From: Tubiluchus corallicola
Lineage: Eukaryota > Animalia > Priapulida
Reading direction: 5' to 3'
Assembly: GCA_030141605.1 (NCBI GenBank)
Contig: JAQGDQ010001544.1
Coordinates: 1-35,362, forward strand
DNA length: 35,362 bases
Below the pieces are notes generated by a model. The model was not told the origin of the DNA, ran no database searches, and worked only from the letters and a program-made list of their open reading frames with translations. Below are positions 1 to 32,931 of this stretch, in pieces (the stretch's first letter is position 1; each line of letters opens with the position of its first letter). The translations under genes and the position numbers were made by a program.

Positions 1-1240
1 TGGGTAAACTAAAACAAACTATTCCCAGGCCTGGTTTAGCAAGTATAAAAACCTCTATCTATCTAACACAGCAAGTCTTGGGTAAACTAGAACAAACTTT
101 TCCCAGGACTGATATAAGAAGTATAAAAACCTCTATCAATTTAACACAGCAAGTTTTGAGTAAACTAGAACAAGCTTTTTCCAGGACTGGTTTAGAAAGT
201 ATAAAAACCACTATCTATTTAACACAGCAAGTTTTGAGTAAACTAGAACAAGCTTTTTCCAGGACTGGTTTAGAAAGTATAAAAACCTCTATCTATCTAT
301 CTATCTAACACAACAAGTCTTGGGTAAACTAAAACAAACTATTCCCAGGCCTGGTTTAGCAAGTATAAAAACCTCTATCTATCTAACACAGCAAGTCTTG
401 GGTAAACTAGAACAAACTTTTCCCAGGACTGATATAAGAAGTATAAAAACCTCTATCAATTTAACACAGCAAGTTTTGAGTAAACTAGAACAAGCTTTTT
501 CCAGGACTGGTTTAGAAAGTATAAAAACCACTATCTATTTAACACAGCAAGTTTTGAGTAAACTAGAACAAGCTTTTTCCAGGACTGGTTTAGAAAGTAT
601 AAAAACCTCTATCTATCTATCTATCTATCTAACACAGCAAGTCTTGGGTAAACTAAAACAAACTATTCCCAGGCCTAGTTTAGCAAGTATAAAAACCTCT
701 ATCTAGCTAACACAGCAAGTCTTGGGTAAACTAGAACAAACTTTTCCCAGGACTGATATAAGAAGTATAAAAACCTCTATCAATTTAACACAGAAAGTTT
801 TGAGTAAACCAAAACAAACTTTTCCCAGCATTAGTTTAGAAAGTATAAAAACCACTATCTATTTAACACAGCAAGTTTTGAGTAAACTAGAACAAGCTTT
901 TCCCATGACTGATTTAGAAAGTATAAAAACCACTATGTATCTAACACAGCAAGTCTTGGGTAAACTAGAACAAACTTTTCCCAGGTCTGGTGTAGAAAGT
1001 ATAAAGTATAAAAACCACTATCTATTTAACACAGCAAGTCTTGAGTAAACTAGAACAAACTTTTCCCAGGTCTGGTTTAGAAAGTATAAAAACCACTATC
1101 TATCTAACACAGCAAGTCTTGAGTAAACTATAACAAACTTTTTCCAGGACTGGTTTAGAAAGTATAAAAACCTCTATCTATCTATCTAACACAGCCAGTC
1201 TTGAGTAAACTATAATAAGCTTTCTATCTAACACAGCAAA
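1..1240. repeat. 78-bp tandem repeat, about 15 copies, partly in a 4-unit higher-order repeat of about 320 bp
   Basis: TG(G/A)GTAAACT recurs at 1, 79, 157, 235, 321 and onward. The variant order restarts at 1, 321 and 645. Confidence 0.95.
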
Positions 1241-1573
1241 CAAGCCTATTGTATTTACTCAGAAATGCATAAGTGCCAGGGCTTTATTGTAAAACTTTAA
1301 ATGGTTATTTCTCGTGTTATTTTTACATTGTGTATTTTTGTATGATATTCCCTCCTCTGTGCTATTAGGAATAAATAAACAATAAACGATAAACAAAAAA
1401 ATGCCAACAATAATTTTAAAACAGCTTTTAATTTTAGATAATCTGTTGTTGTAATCATGTATATGTGGCCACTGTCTTACTGTACTAAGTTGCAGGCAAC
1501 CAGTACATGTCTTGACTTTGTACAGCAGACCTTTGTAAAAGCACTTATCATCAGTTGAGTTTTTTCCATTCAG

Positions 1574-23579
<22,006 letters not shown>

Positions 23580-24151
23580 GTATGTAAAAAATGATACTTT
23601 TCACTGGTTGACAATAGAGTTTAAAACGATTGAATAATCTAATCACGTTGATAATACAACTATCAACACAGTACAACTATTTTCAGAAATGAATTTGAAG
23701 CATTCAGTTTTACTTTCACCTCTGAAATATCCTAGATAAGAATTACAAGTATGCTCGTTTAGAACTTTGCTTATGAGTTATTACCATAATTTTAGAAAAT
23801 AGAGTATTAACATTGCCAAAATGACGTCCAGTTTGACCATTGTGTCTTATGGTCAAGATTTAGAACAATTTAGTTTCATGTTATTTGTGTTTAAACTGCA
23901 AAACTAAACAAGAACTGTTTCGTTTTCATCTATAAAAATGCTGATGCTATGCGATCTGATTTACGTTTTAATTCAATTTCTATTTATTTGTCTGTTTCGA
24001 GTAATACATTAACATGATACAGTATAGTTCAATAAAGGTCTATAGAGACGGGTTGGTGAGCAAACCATACGATATTCTAGTCTACACACCTCTAGTTCCA
24101 GCAAGTGGTATGTACAAATTTGCGTTCTTATATTTTTATCCATCTTCACAG

Positions 24152-24180
24152 GAACATCTATCTCATACGAGTTTTCATAA
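24152..24180 (+). CDS. Candidate terminal coding exon (GTSISYEFS-stop)
   Basis: Strong acceptor tatttttatccatcttcacag. Phase-1 entry gives a short tail ending in TAA. A 27-nt phase 1-1 microexon at 24081-24107 (VYTPLVPAS, ttctag|...|gtatgt) is an alternative next exon. Confidence 0.35.
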
Positions 24181-24736
24181 ACTCCGGTTTGGGTAGGTAT
24201 CTTAATGGTGTTCTTTTGTGTGTTTACTGTAGTATCCATATCTTACAACTATCCATTGTATAAATGTGCAACGTTTTGACAGCATGTTAGCTGAATGAAC
24301 ATGAAGGATGGGTGATGCAGTGATCCATTAATACTGGTACTAGTGGATTGTTGTGGATTGATTCATACATTGATATGTGATTATTTTATGTGATTATGTG
24401 ATTAGGTGTGTGCTAATCCTAGTTGTGGAATTAATGCATTACAAATGCATCTAGTTCCAAAACGTTGTTCAAAATTGTGGAACTGTAACTGTAACGAGTT
24501 ACAACTTTCAAGAAGTAACTCTTAACTGTAACTATCTATTTTCTGTTGTAATATGTAAGGGAAATAACAGTTACTTTTGCCATTACTTCTGTCTAGAATT
24601 AAACCAAAAGTTTAACTGCATATCATATAAATATTTTACTCTGTCCATTGTACTCTTCTTGGAGTATTGTACATTTGATTCATATCTATGCCCATACCAG
24701 ACAAGATTACCTCGTGTAACAGTTATTTCTTTAAAG

Positions 24737-25810
24737 GAATTGTAACTGTAATTAATTAGTTATCTGATGGAGAAGGAATTGTAACTGTAACTAATACTTT
24801 TCTTGTGGAGAATTAATTGTAACTATAACCAGGTACTTTTCTGATTGAGACGGAATTGTAACTGTAACTAGTTAGTTTTCTGATGGAGAATTAATTCTAA
24901 CTGTAACTAGTTACTTTTCTGATGGAGAATTAATTGTAACTATAACCAGGTACTTTTCTGATGGAGACGGAATTGTAACTGTAACTAGTTAGTTTTCTGA
25001 TGGAGAATTAATTGTAACTGTAACTAGTTACTTTTCTGATGGAGAATTAATTGTAACTGTAACTAGTTACTTTTCTGATGGAGAAGAAATTGTAACTGTA
25101 ACTAGTTAGTTTTCTGATGGAGAGTTAATTGTAACTATAACCAGGTACTTTTCTGATGGAGACGGAATTGTAACTGTAACTAGTTACTTTTCTGATGGAG
25201 AATTAATTGTAACTGTAACTAGTTACTTTTCTGATGGAGAATTAATTGTAACTGTAACTAGTTACTTTTCTGATGGAGAATTAATTCTAACTGTAACTAG
25301 TTACTTTTCTGATGGAGAGTTAATTGTAACTGTAACTAGTTACTTTTCTGATGGAGAATTAATTCTAACTGTAACTAGTTACTTTTCTGATGGAGAGTTA
25401 ATTGTAACTGTAACTAGTTACTTTTCTGATGGAGAGTTAATTGTAACTATAACCAGGTACTTTTCTGATGGAGAAGGAATTGTAACTATAACTAGTTACT
25501 TTTCTGCTGGAGAGTTAATTGTAACTATAACCAGGTACTTTTCTGATGGAGACGGAATTGTAACTGTAACTAATACTTTTCTGATGGAGAATTAATTGCA
25601 ACTGTAACTAGTTATTTTTCTGATGGAGAAGAAATTGTAACTGTAACTAATACTTTTCTGATGGAGAAGGAATTGTAACTGTAACTAATACTTTTCTGAT
25701 GGAGAAGGAATTTTAACTGTAACTAGTTACTTTTCTGATGGAGAAGGAATTGTAACTGTAACTAGTTACTTTTCTGATGGAGAAGGAATTGTAACTGTTA
25801 CTAGTTACTT
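24737..25810. repeat. 39-bp minisatellite with a palindromic GTAACTAGTTAC core, about 27 copies
   Basis: Unit TTGTAACTGTAACTAGTTACTTTTCTGATGGAGAATTAA. Related GTAAC/GTTAC motifs extend upstream to about 24480. Confidence 0.95.
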
Positions 25811-26205
25811 AACACGCATGCAAGCATTGATATTAGACAAGAACATTTCAAATGATGGAAATACTTACACCACTGGGAAGATAATGCCATTGTTGTAATT
25901 GAGAAAGCGATGATATAAAATTAATAATGTTTGATGATAATGTTCACATGTGCAAATACAGTTGCTGTACAAAGTTTCCAAGAGCTCTCAACAGTAGAAT
26001 GTTCCATGTTACTTTATAAACTGAAGCTCGTGTTTTATGTTTGTTTGTTTGTTGTTTACAGAAAATTAATTTCCTTTTTTTTATTAGGTCATCGTGAGAA
26101 GAAAATCAGCATATTAGTTCAAAGTTGTAAGCGGAGCACAGCTATTGAAGATTTTATTGGTCTTTAATTTACACTGCACATTTGCATTTAGCACAAGCCC
26201 TGTGT

Positions 26206-26411
<206 letters not shown>

Positions 26412-27495
26412 ATATGCAACTATAACAGGTGCTACTGCAATAAGAACCTCGTGGATAATTTCACCTATTTGACCAGGTAAAGCGAAGTTGATTACAGGTG
26501 TAACATTGGAGAAAAGACTGGGGAGAACTGCTGGAACTCTTCTCGGATGTCTGACTAATGAGAGGAAAGGTCTTTCCATACTCTGCCATGGATTTCTGAA
26601 ACCAAATTTATTCTGTGAATTAATTTAAATTTACAAAAATTAAGAACCCTTAAATATATTTCAGAAATAACACTAATTTGTCTTAGATAACTTCGCAATC
26701 GATAACGTCAATTGCAGCTTTCATCCAGTGGGGATACTTCCCTGGGGCCTCACCCTCCAGGGTAACATTTTTTTGTTGTTTTTGATTTGCCAGTATTGAC
26801 AAGTATTAAGGACTGGTCTTGAGCATAAAGCAGTTTTTCTTTCAATGGTTCTTTCCTTTAACAACTGTATAACTCCATATTTTCTCTTCGAAAATGCCTC
26901 TCCATCGTTCTAGCAGTTCAAACATTTTCTGGGCGCCAACACAACACCCCCCCCCCCCGAGGGGTCTCACACGCCCCACTTCCGCGGGCCTCGCTTAGGC
27001 TGAAATAAGCCCTGCTTCCATCTCGCTCAATTCAATTTGCCAATAAGGTATAAAGTAGTACAAATTGTTATATTACATTAAGGTACCACATAAGTTAAAG
27101 TCTTAGTACTTTGTTTTTTAAAAAACGAATAAAAAATCTCGTAATTTAAAAAACAGGGAAAAAAGAAAGAAAAACAAAGCGACCACTGTAGTTCTTCTTC
27201 AAGTAAAATAGGACAAAAAAACAAAAAATTAAAAGTAGTTCTAGCAGTCCTATCCTACCTATCTGTGCAGAGGCTAATGTAAACCATTTTAAAGTTTTTA
27301 TGTTTAAAAGTGCTTACAATCTTAGATGTCGAATTTTTAGCACGTTCTTGACAATATTCTATCCCATGTTGTTCCACGCTGATATTTAGTCACTCTTGAA
27401 TCAAACTTTAATGTATGTATCATTTATGCAATTAGTTTTCCATTCTAATTAATCTTCTTTATAATTTTTCTTAATTCTTGTAAAAAGTGTCAGTT

Positions 27496-27917
27496 AAAAT
27501 CCAGGTAAAATAAAGTCACAGGTAAAAAAAGTAACAGATAGAAAGTCACAGGAAAAAGGAAATAACCCTACCCCTAAACATAACCCCACCCCTAAACATA
27601 ACCTACCCCTAAACATTACCCTACCCCTAAACATAACCCCACCCGTAAACATAACCCCACCCCTAAACATAACCCTACCCCTAAACATAACCCTACCCTT
27701 AAACATAACCCTACCCCTAAACATAACCCTACCCCTAAACATAACCCTACCCTTAAACATAACCCTACCGCTAAACATAACCCTACCCCTAAACATAACC
27801 CTACCCCTAAACATAACCCTACCCCTACCCTAACCTAACCTCTAACTCTAACCCTTAACTTTAACTCTAGCTAAAGTTAATTGTGACTAAAGTCCTGTGA
27901 CTTTATTACCGGTCACC
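27496..27917. mobile_element. MITE-like element with AAAGTCACAGG inverted subterminal repeats enclosing an 18-bp telomere-like minisatellite
   Basis: Left GGTAAAATAAAGTCACAGG versus right CCTGTGACTTTATTACC. The interior is (CCCTACCCCTAAACATAA)n at about 27563-27830, followed by TAACCC/TAACTC hexamers. Confidence 0.7.
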
Positions 27918-28364
27918 AATTGTTGCTATGGCAACTAATTTTACTTCTTCTTTTCTATCTGTATTTATTTTATGGCTTCAGACTGCATATGTCTACAAGC
28001 TGAAATAAAAGAATAAATAAAAAACAATAATAATGATTGTTAAAAAGTCAATTTGCTTTGGGCTTTTTCTGTTGCCAGGCTCGGATAAAAACACAGAACA
28101 CTATAGCATAGCAACCACGACTTCTTAGTACATGAAACGATATACAATTTTTATTTCAGTTCAGTTTTATTTCAGTTATCTTCAGTTTGATTTTTTTTTA
28201 TTATTATTATTATTATGCACTTATTATTACTGTGTATGAATTGTACTAACACGTTATAAGCATATCAATTTAATGTCATTCGTAACAATTTAGTTTTTAT
28301 TATAAGCAGTACTAAAACTAATACACTGCAGCATAGCGCCTATAAAAAATGTTCATGACTAACC

Positions 28365-28510
28365 AAAGGGCAGCTGACTAGATGACCAATTGGTCTTTCG
28401 CTGCCCTTTCTTCACATTTTTGTTGCCAAATTAATTGTATTATAACTGTGCGTGTGTTAAAAGATAAATAAAAAAGATTGTTATTATTATTGTTATTATT
28501 ATTATTATTG

Positions 28511-28567
<57 letters not shown>
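28365..28567 (+). mobile_element. 3' terminal remnant of a CR1/L2-group LINE (stem-loop, AATAAA, (TTA)n tail)
   Basis: Hairpin AAAGGGCAGC..GACTAGATGACCAATTGGTC..GCTGCCCTTT is homologous to the 3' UTR hairpin of the LINE at 33030-33072. Confidence 0.75.
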
Positions 28568-28568
<1 letters not shown>

Positions 28569-29192
28569 AATGTACCTTTATAATAGTAAAATGTGGAAAC
28601 ATTAACCATCACAAAAACTTGGAAAATCAAAATTATTTCACAACAAATGCAATTTACGACCATGCCTTTAGCTAGGAAAGCATAGCAGGTTTTTAGACTG
28701 CTTCTCATTATTGAGAAATAGTGAAATGTTCCGTGTGATATTAGTGTAAGTAGAATAATAGTGGGTGGATGTATCTGCTCGCTGTATGTGTGTTAATCAA
28801 AGAAAATTGAGATATGTGTAAGAAAGTGTAACATGTATATAACTGTTGCATACTGTAGTGTACAAGTCGATTGTCAAATGTTTTATAAGGGTTAAACACG
28901 CTAACACTTTCCATAATTATAGCATTGCAGTGATTTTAGGTTTCCCTGTTAGAGTCAGCATGGTAGACAGAAGAAAACAACGAAAAGTTGAACTGACAAC
29001 TGAAAGTATTACAATTACTGAATAAAAGTTTACCATGAGATGACCTACTTGATTATTGCACTACATCTGTACTAGAAATATTAAAAACGACCAATTATGA
29101 ATCGCTTGTGCAAATTTGTACGCACGTGCACACAAACACGCACGCACACACGCATATGACTTGTACAATTTAGAAGCTTATATTTGCACCCA

Positions 29193-29293
29193 CTACGACC
29201 ATATCACGTTGAAAACACCAGTTTTCGTCTGATCGCCGAAGTTAAGCAACCTAGACCCTGGTTAGTACTTGGATGGGTGACTGCTGTAGGCTT
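29193..29293 (+). pseudogene. 5S rRNA-derived sequence (SINE head, not a functional 5S gene)
   Basis: CTACGACCATATCACGTTGAAAACACC...CCGAAGTTAAGCAAC...GGTTAGTACTTGGATGGGTGAC|TGCTGTAGGCTT matches metazoan 5S rRNA, with a deletion of about 17 nt near the 3' end and no T-run terminator. Confidence 0.9.
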
Positions 29294-29614
29294 GCGGCAT
29301 GCCCACACTGTATCTCGACACTAGGCGGAGGATCTGCACAAGCAGCCAATGGCTAGAGGGCGGAAGAGGTCAAGTGACACAACGGCCATGTGTAGAAGAG
29401 TAAACCTTCCAAATCATGAGTGGAGCCCCGAAGGCGGACCAGTGCAGCATGCTCACTGACTCCGGCAGCTCCTGCAGCCAACCTGGTGCCAAACGTATTG
29501 CTCCGCTTTCGCTCCACAGTCGACGCTGCAGCTCCATCAATGTGATCAATAACTGACTCTTTTGGCGCACACTCCATTGTCTTCCGAGACAGAAGGATGC
29601 CAACAACAACAACA
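29193..29614 (+). mobile_element. 5S rRNA-derived SINE (SINE3) with an RTE-derived 3' tail
   Basis: 5S-like head at 29193-29293, a body of about 220 bp, a tail at 29514-29601 matching the RTE 3' end, and (CAA)n. Flanked by a 13-bp TSD: ATATTTGCACCCA (29180-29192) and ATATATGCACCCA (29615-29627). Confidence 0.92.
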
Positions 29615-29865
29615 ATATATGCACCCAAACATTCACAATACAGCTAAAAAGTGCTCAATAAATTTCACAATGCAAAATGCTTGTACATAAAATCAAATAA
29701 CTACTTATTACATTCCGGTACTTCCTGACAGGTGAAGAACTACAATTAGAAAAAGAGGTAGCATGCCTTCATCAACGACCTTAAAGTCTCCTTTCATTTA
29801 CAGCTAAAATACTTACACTGTTTATCCGTTTCAAAGAGAACGGTCGTAGGGCGATTTGGGCATAA

Positions 29866-30670
29866 TATCATCAGTTCATCATATCACCAGTTCATCATAT
29901 CATCAATCATCAGTTCATCATATCATCAGTTCATTATATCATCAGTTCATCATATCACCAGTTCATCATATCATCAGTTCATCATATCATCAGTTCATCA
30001 TATCATCAGTTCATCATATCATCAGTTCATCATATCACCAGTTCATCATATCATCAGTTCATCATATCATCAGTTCATCATATCATCAGTTCAACATATC
30101 ATCAGTTCAACATATCACCAGTTCATCATATCATCAGTTCATCATATCATCAGTTCATCATATCACCAGTTCATCATATCATCAGTTCATCATATCACCA
30201 GTTCATCATATCGTCAGTTCATCATATCGTCAGTTCATCATATCGTCAGTTCATCATATCACCAGTTCATCATATCGTCAGTTCATCATATCGTCAGTTC
30301 ATCATATCGTCAGTTCATCATATCACCAGTTCATCATATCATCAGTTCATAATATCACCAGTTCATCATATCATCAGTTCATCATATCACCAGTTCATCA
30401 TATCATCAGTTCATCATATCATCAGTTCATCATATCATCAGTTCATCATATCACCAGTTCATCATATCATCAGTTCATCATATCATCAGTTCATCATATC
30501 ATCAGTTCATCATATCATCAGTTCATCATATCATCAGTTCATCATATCACCAGTTCATCATATCACCAGTTCATCATATCATCAGTTCATCATATCATCA
30601 GTTCATCATATCATCAGTTCATCATATCATCAGTTCATCATATCACCAGTTCATCATATCATCAGTTCAC
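29866..30670. repeat. 16-bp minisatellite, about 50 copies
   Basis: Unit CAGTTCATCATATCA(T/C); source of the spurious 275-aa ORF. Confidence 0.97.
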
Positions 30671-31235
30671 AATCAGTTTTTAGAAATAGCGAACTTGCAA
30701 CTTACAAAGAGTGAAACAATGTAGAACTACAGTGACTGTTGCATCATGTCCACAAAACAGATTACACCATTTTTATTCAGCACTCAGATTTGTTATATTA
30801 TTTCGCATGATAGCAGCTTTTATATCTAGGGAAAATATAATTTGTCCAAATACTATTTGTTACGGCTAACATGCTATTGACTTCGCATTACATAATTTCA
30901 GCGAGTCGAAGAGCTGCCTGGTTGTTGGGTGCTTAATGCCAAAAAATGGTTTTGTGTGGCTTGCGTTTGAAATTAAGTTTAATTAGCAACTTCCGTTTTC
31001 GTGAAGTTAGTAAATTAGACGGCATACGATGTTGATCACCATGGTTTACCTAATGCATCAACGCTGTCGTCAGTGTTCAGTTTAACATGCAATAAAACGT
31101 ATTAAATTAGAAATACTATTTTATTTTATCGATGTTAACAACTACACTATTATAATATTACTATCATTAATATAAAACACAACTATCATTAATCAATTTT
31201 GTTGACATGGTACAGGTAGCTATCATTGGAATTAA

Positions 31236-31784
31236 AGGAAAACCGGATGATTGTGTAAACACAAGTTCAGAATAAAAAATTCTCTAAAATATTGAAAACT
31301 ACAATAGCTTTGTTTAAATTAAGGCTTAGATTAAATAATAATTGCCCCGGAAATCAAATTTTGTTAAACTTTCATAGCTACGTGCAGCTCAGTGAATCTA
31401 TTAAGATTGGCAATGGCGTCTTTTTGTCACATTCGCGTGGCCGACGAATGGAAGACGGTACCGTGATAACCATGATCATGAACTGCTGTGTTAGTTTCTG
31501 AAGTCATATGATGTAATGAACATTTTTCGTTACATCATGCGTTTAAGCAGTACTGTAACACTTATGCAAATGTACTTGATGCGCAAGGGAAGACGCCAGT
31601 CATTGCACAAACTGTAGTTAGTTTCTGACATAAGCAATAGCTGTGTTCGGTTGCCGTTAATTAACTTTCTAAGATAATAATTCAAATATAAGGAACGATT
31701 GTTAACTTTTATAGGCAAGAAAATGTATATTTTGGACAGTAAATTAAAATTGAGATTGAGTCTAAACAATCGTCCGGTCTTCCT
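31236..31784. mobile_element. Non-autonomous Kolobok-like DNA transposon (MITE)
   Basis: TTAA|AGGAAAACCGGATGATTGTGTAAACACAA ... TTGAGTCTAAACAATCGTCCGGTCTTCCT|TTAA. Imperfect TIRs of about 29 bp, AG...CT termini and a TTAA TSD. Confidence 0.85.
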
Positions 31785-32334
31785 TTAAGATTTTTCTGTG
31801 CCCGGGATATGAATATAGTACTATCATACATAAATATATATGATGGAAGTAGGCCTAATATCAATATCTTCAACGCAAAAAGTCTATCTATTATATATAC
31901 TAATGAATATCTATTATAACAAAGATTGTGCCAGTTAGGTCATTATTATTTTTGCAATTCACAGTTCGAAAATCGGCTGATAATAATAATTTTTGCGATT
32001 TTTGTTTCAGTAAAACTGGAAAACTTGCGATCTATAGTCAGGCTGCGTGCAATCTATAGTCCTCGTCGAAGTAATTTAAAGATTTCTGCTCTTCCCCTTA
32101 CTGCCTATAGCATCATGGCCTCTAAATAAATATTAAATTACCGACTTTGGTGGAAACAAAATGACTATGACCTGTACATTGTCATGAGGAATGACCTTTA
32201 AAGTAAGAAGATCCAAATAAGAAGAACTGCATTGCATGGGTTATGCATTAAAACTGCCTGACAAGTCTCCACTTTTTATAGCCAACAAGAAGAGCCCAAA
32301 GGAGTCTTTCCATTTCTAGCCTTATTTGGTTACT

Positions 32335-32560
32335 ATTTATTGGCGCGAAGACTGAAAATTTTTACAATTATTCTCATTTGCATTTGTGTGTCTGTGCAGC
32401 GTTTACACTGTTTGTTAGAGATGGCTAATCCGGTTCCAATCAACTTTGCACAGAGGGTGGGAGCTGTCCCGGCGTGAGGTCTAGCTAAGTTGTGCAATAA
32501 CTTTTTTAAAACATCAGCTTGCCTTTATTTATATGTAGGGGGTGTCACCTACTAATACAG
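32335..32560. mobile_element. Possible Helentron/HINE-like remnant
   Basis: TGTGTGTCTGTGCAGCG...ATGGCTAATCCGGTTCCAATCAACTTTGCACAGAG resembles recalled motifs of these elements. The termini are not resolved. Confidence 0.3.
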
Positions 32561-32931
32561 ATATATTGTAGGGAACGTTAACCTATACAAATTTGGTGAT
32601 ACGGTGACAATACAGTGCGATACTTTTTTCCAACAATACAATATCAATGATTCGTTTTTCCGAAGATACGAAAAATTATTTTGCATGAAAAACAATGCTG
32701 AACATGTGGTTAGTTGCACAACAAGTTGAGCTCATCTGCAGGTTAATAAATTTATGTGTCTTGCTGCATATCCACTCTACCTGTACAAATTTGCAAATAA
32801 ACAAAGGTAATTGCTAAGATATCGACAGACTCAAGATCTGTTAAAACTGACAAAAATGAGCAGGAAATTCAATACAGTAACATCCTTTCCTGCGAGCAAA
32901 CTTTATCATTCATGCAAAGCAATTTTTCCTG

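Noticed and set aside
78-1048. ORFs with 26-aa repeats
   Set aside because: They are translations of the 78-bp satellite, broken by 4-bp slippage, inside a probable intron.
29193-29293. Functional 5S rRNA gene
   Set aside because: It has an internal deletion, no terminator, is fused to a LINE tail and is enclosed by a TSD.
29353-29636. Minus-strand ORFs similar to ORF 11938-12165
   Set aside because: The similarity is only the antisense reading of the shared RTE tail.
29856-30683. 275-aa His/Ser/Ile-rich ORF
   Set aside because: A 16-bp repeat that happens to lack stops; no splice or domain evidence.
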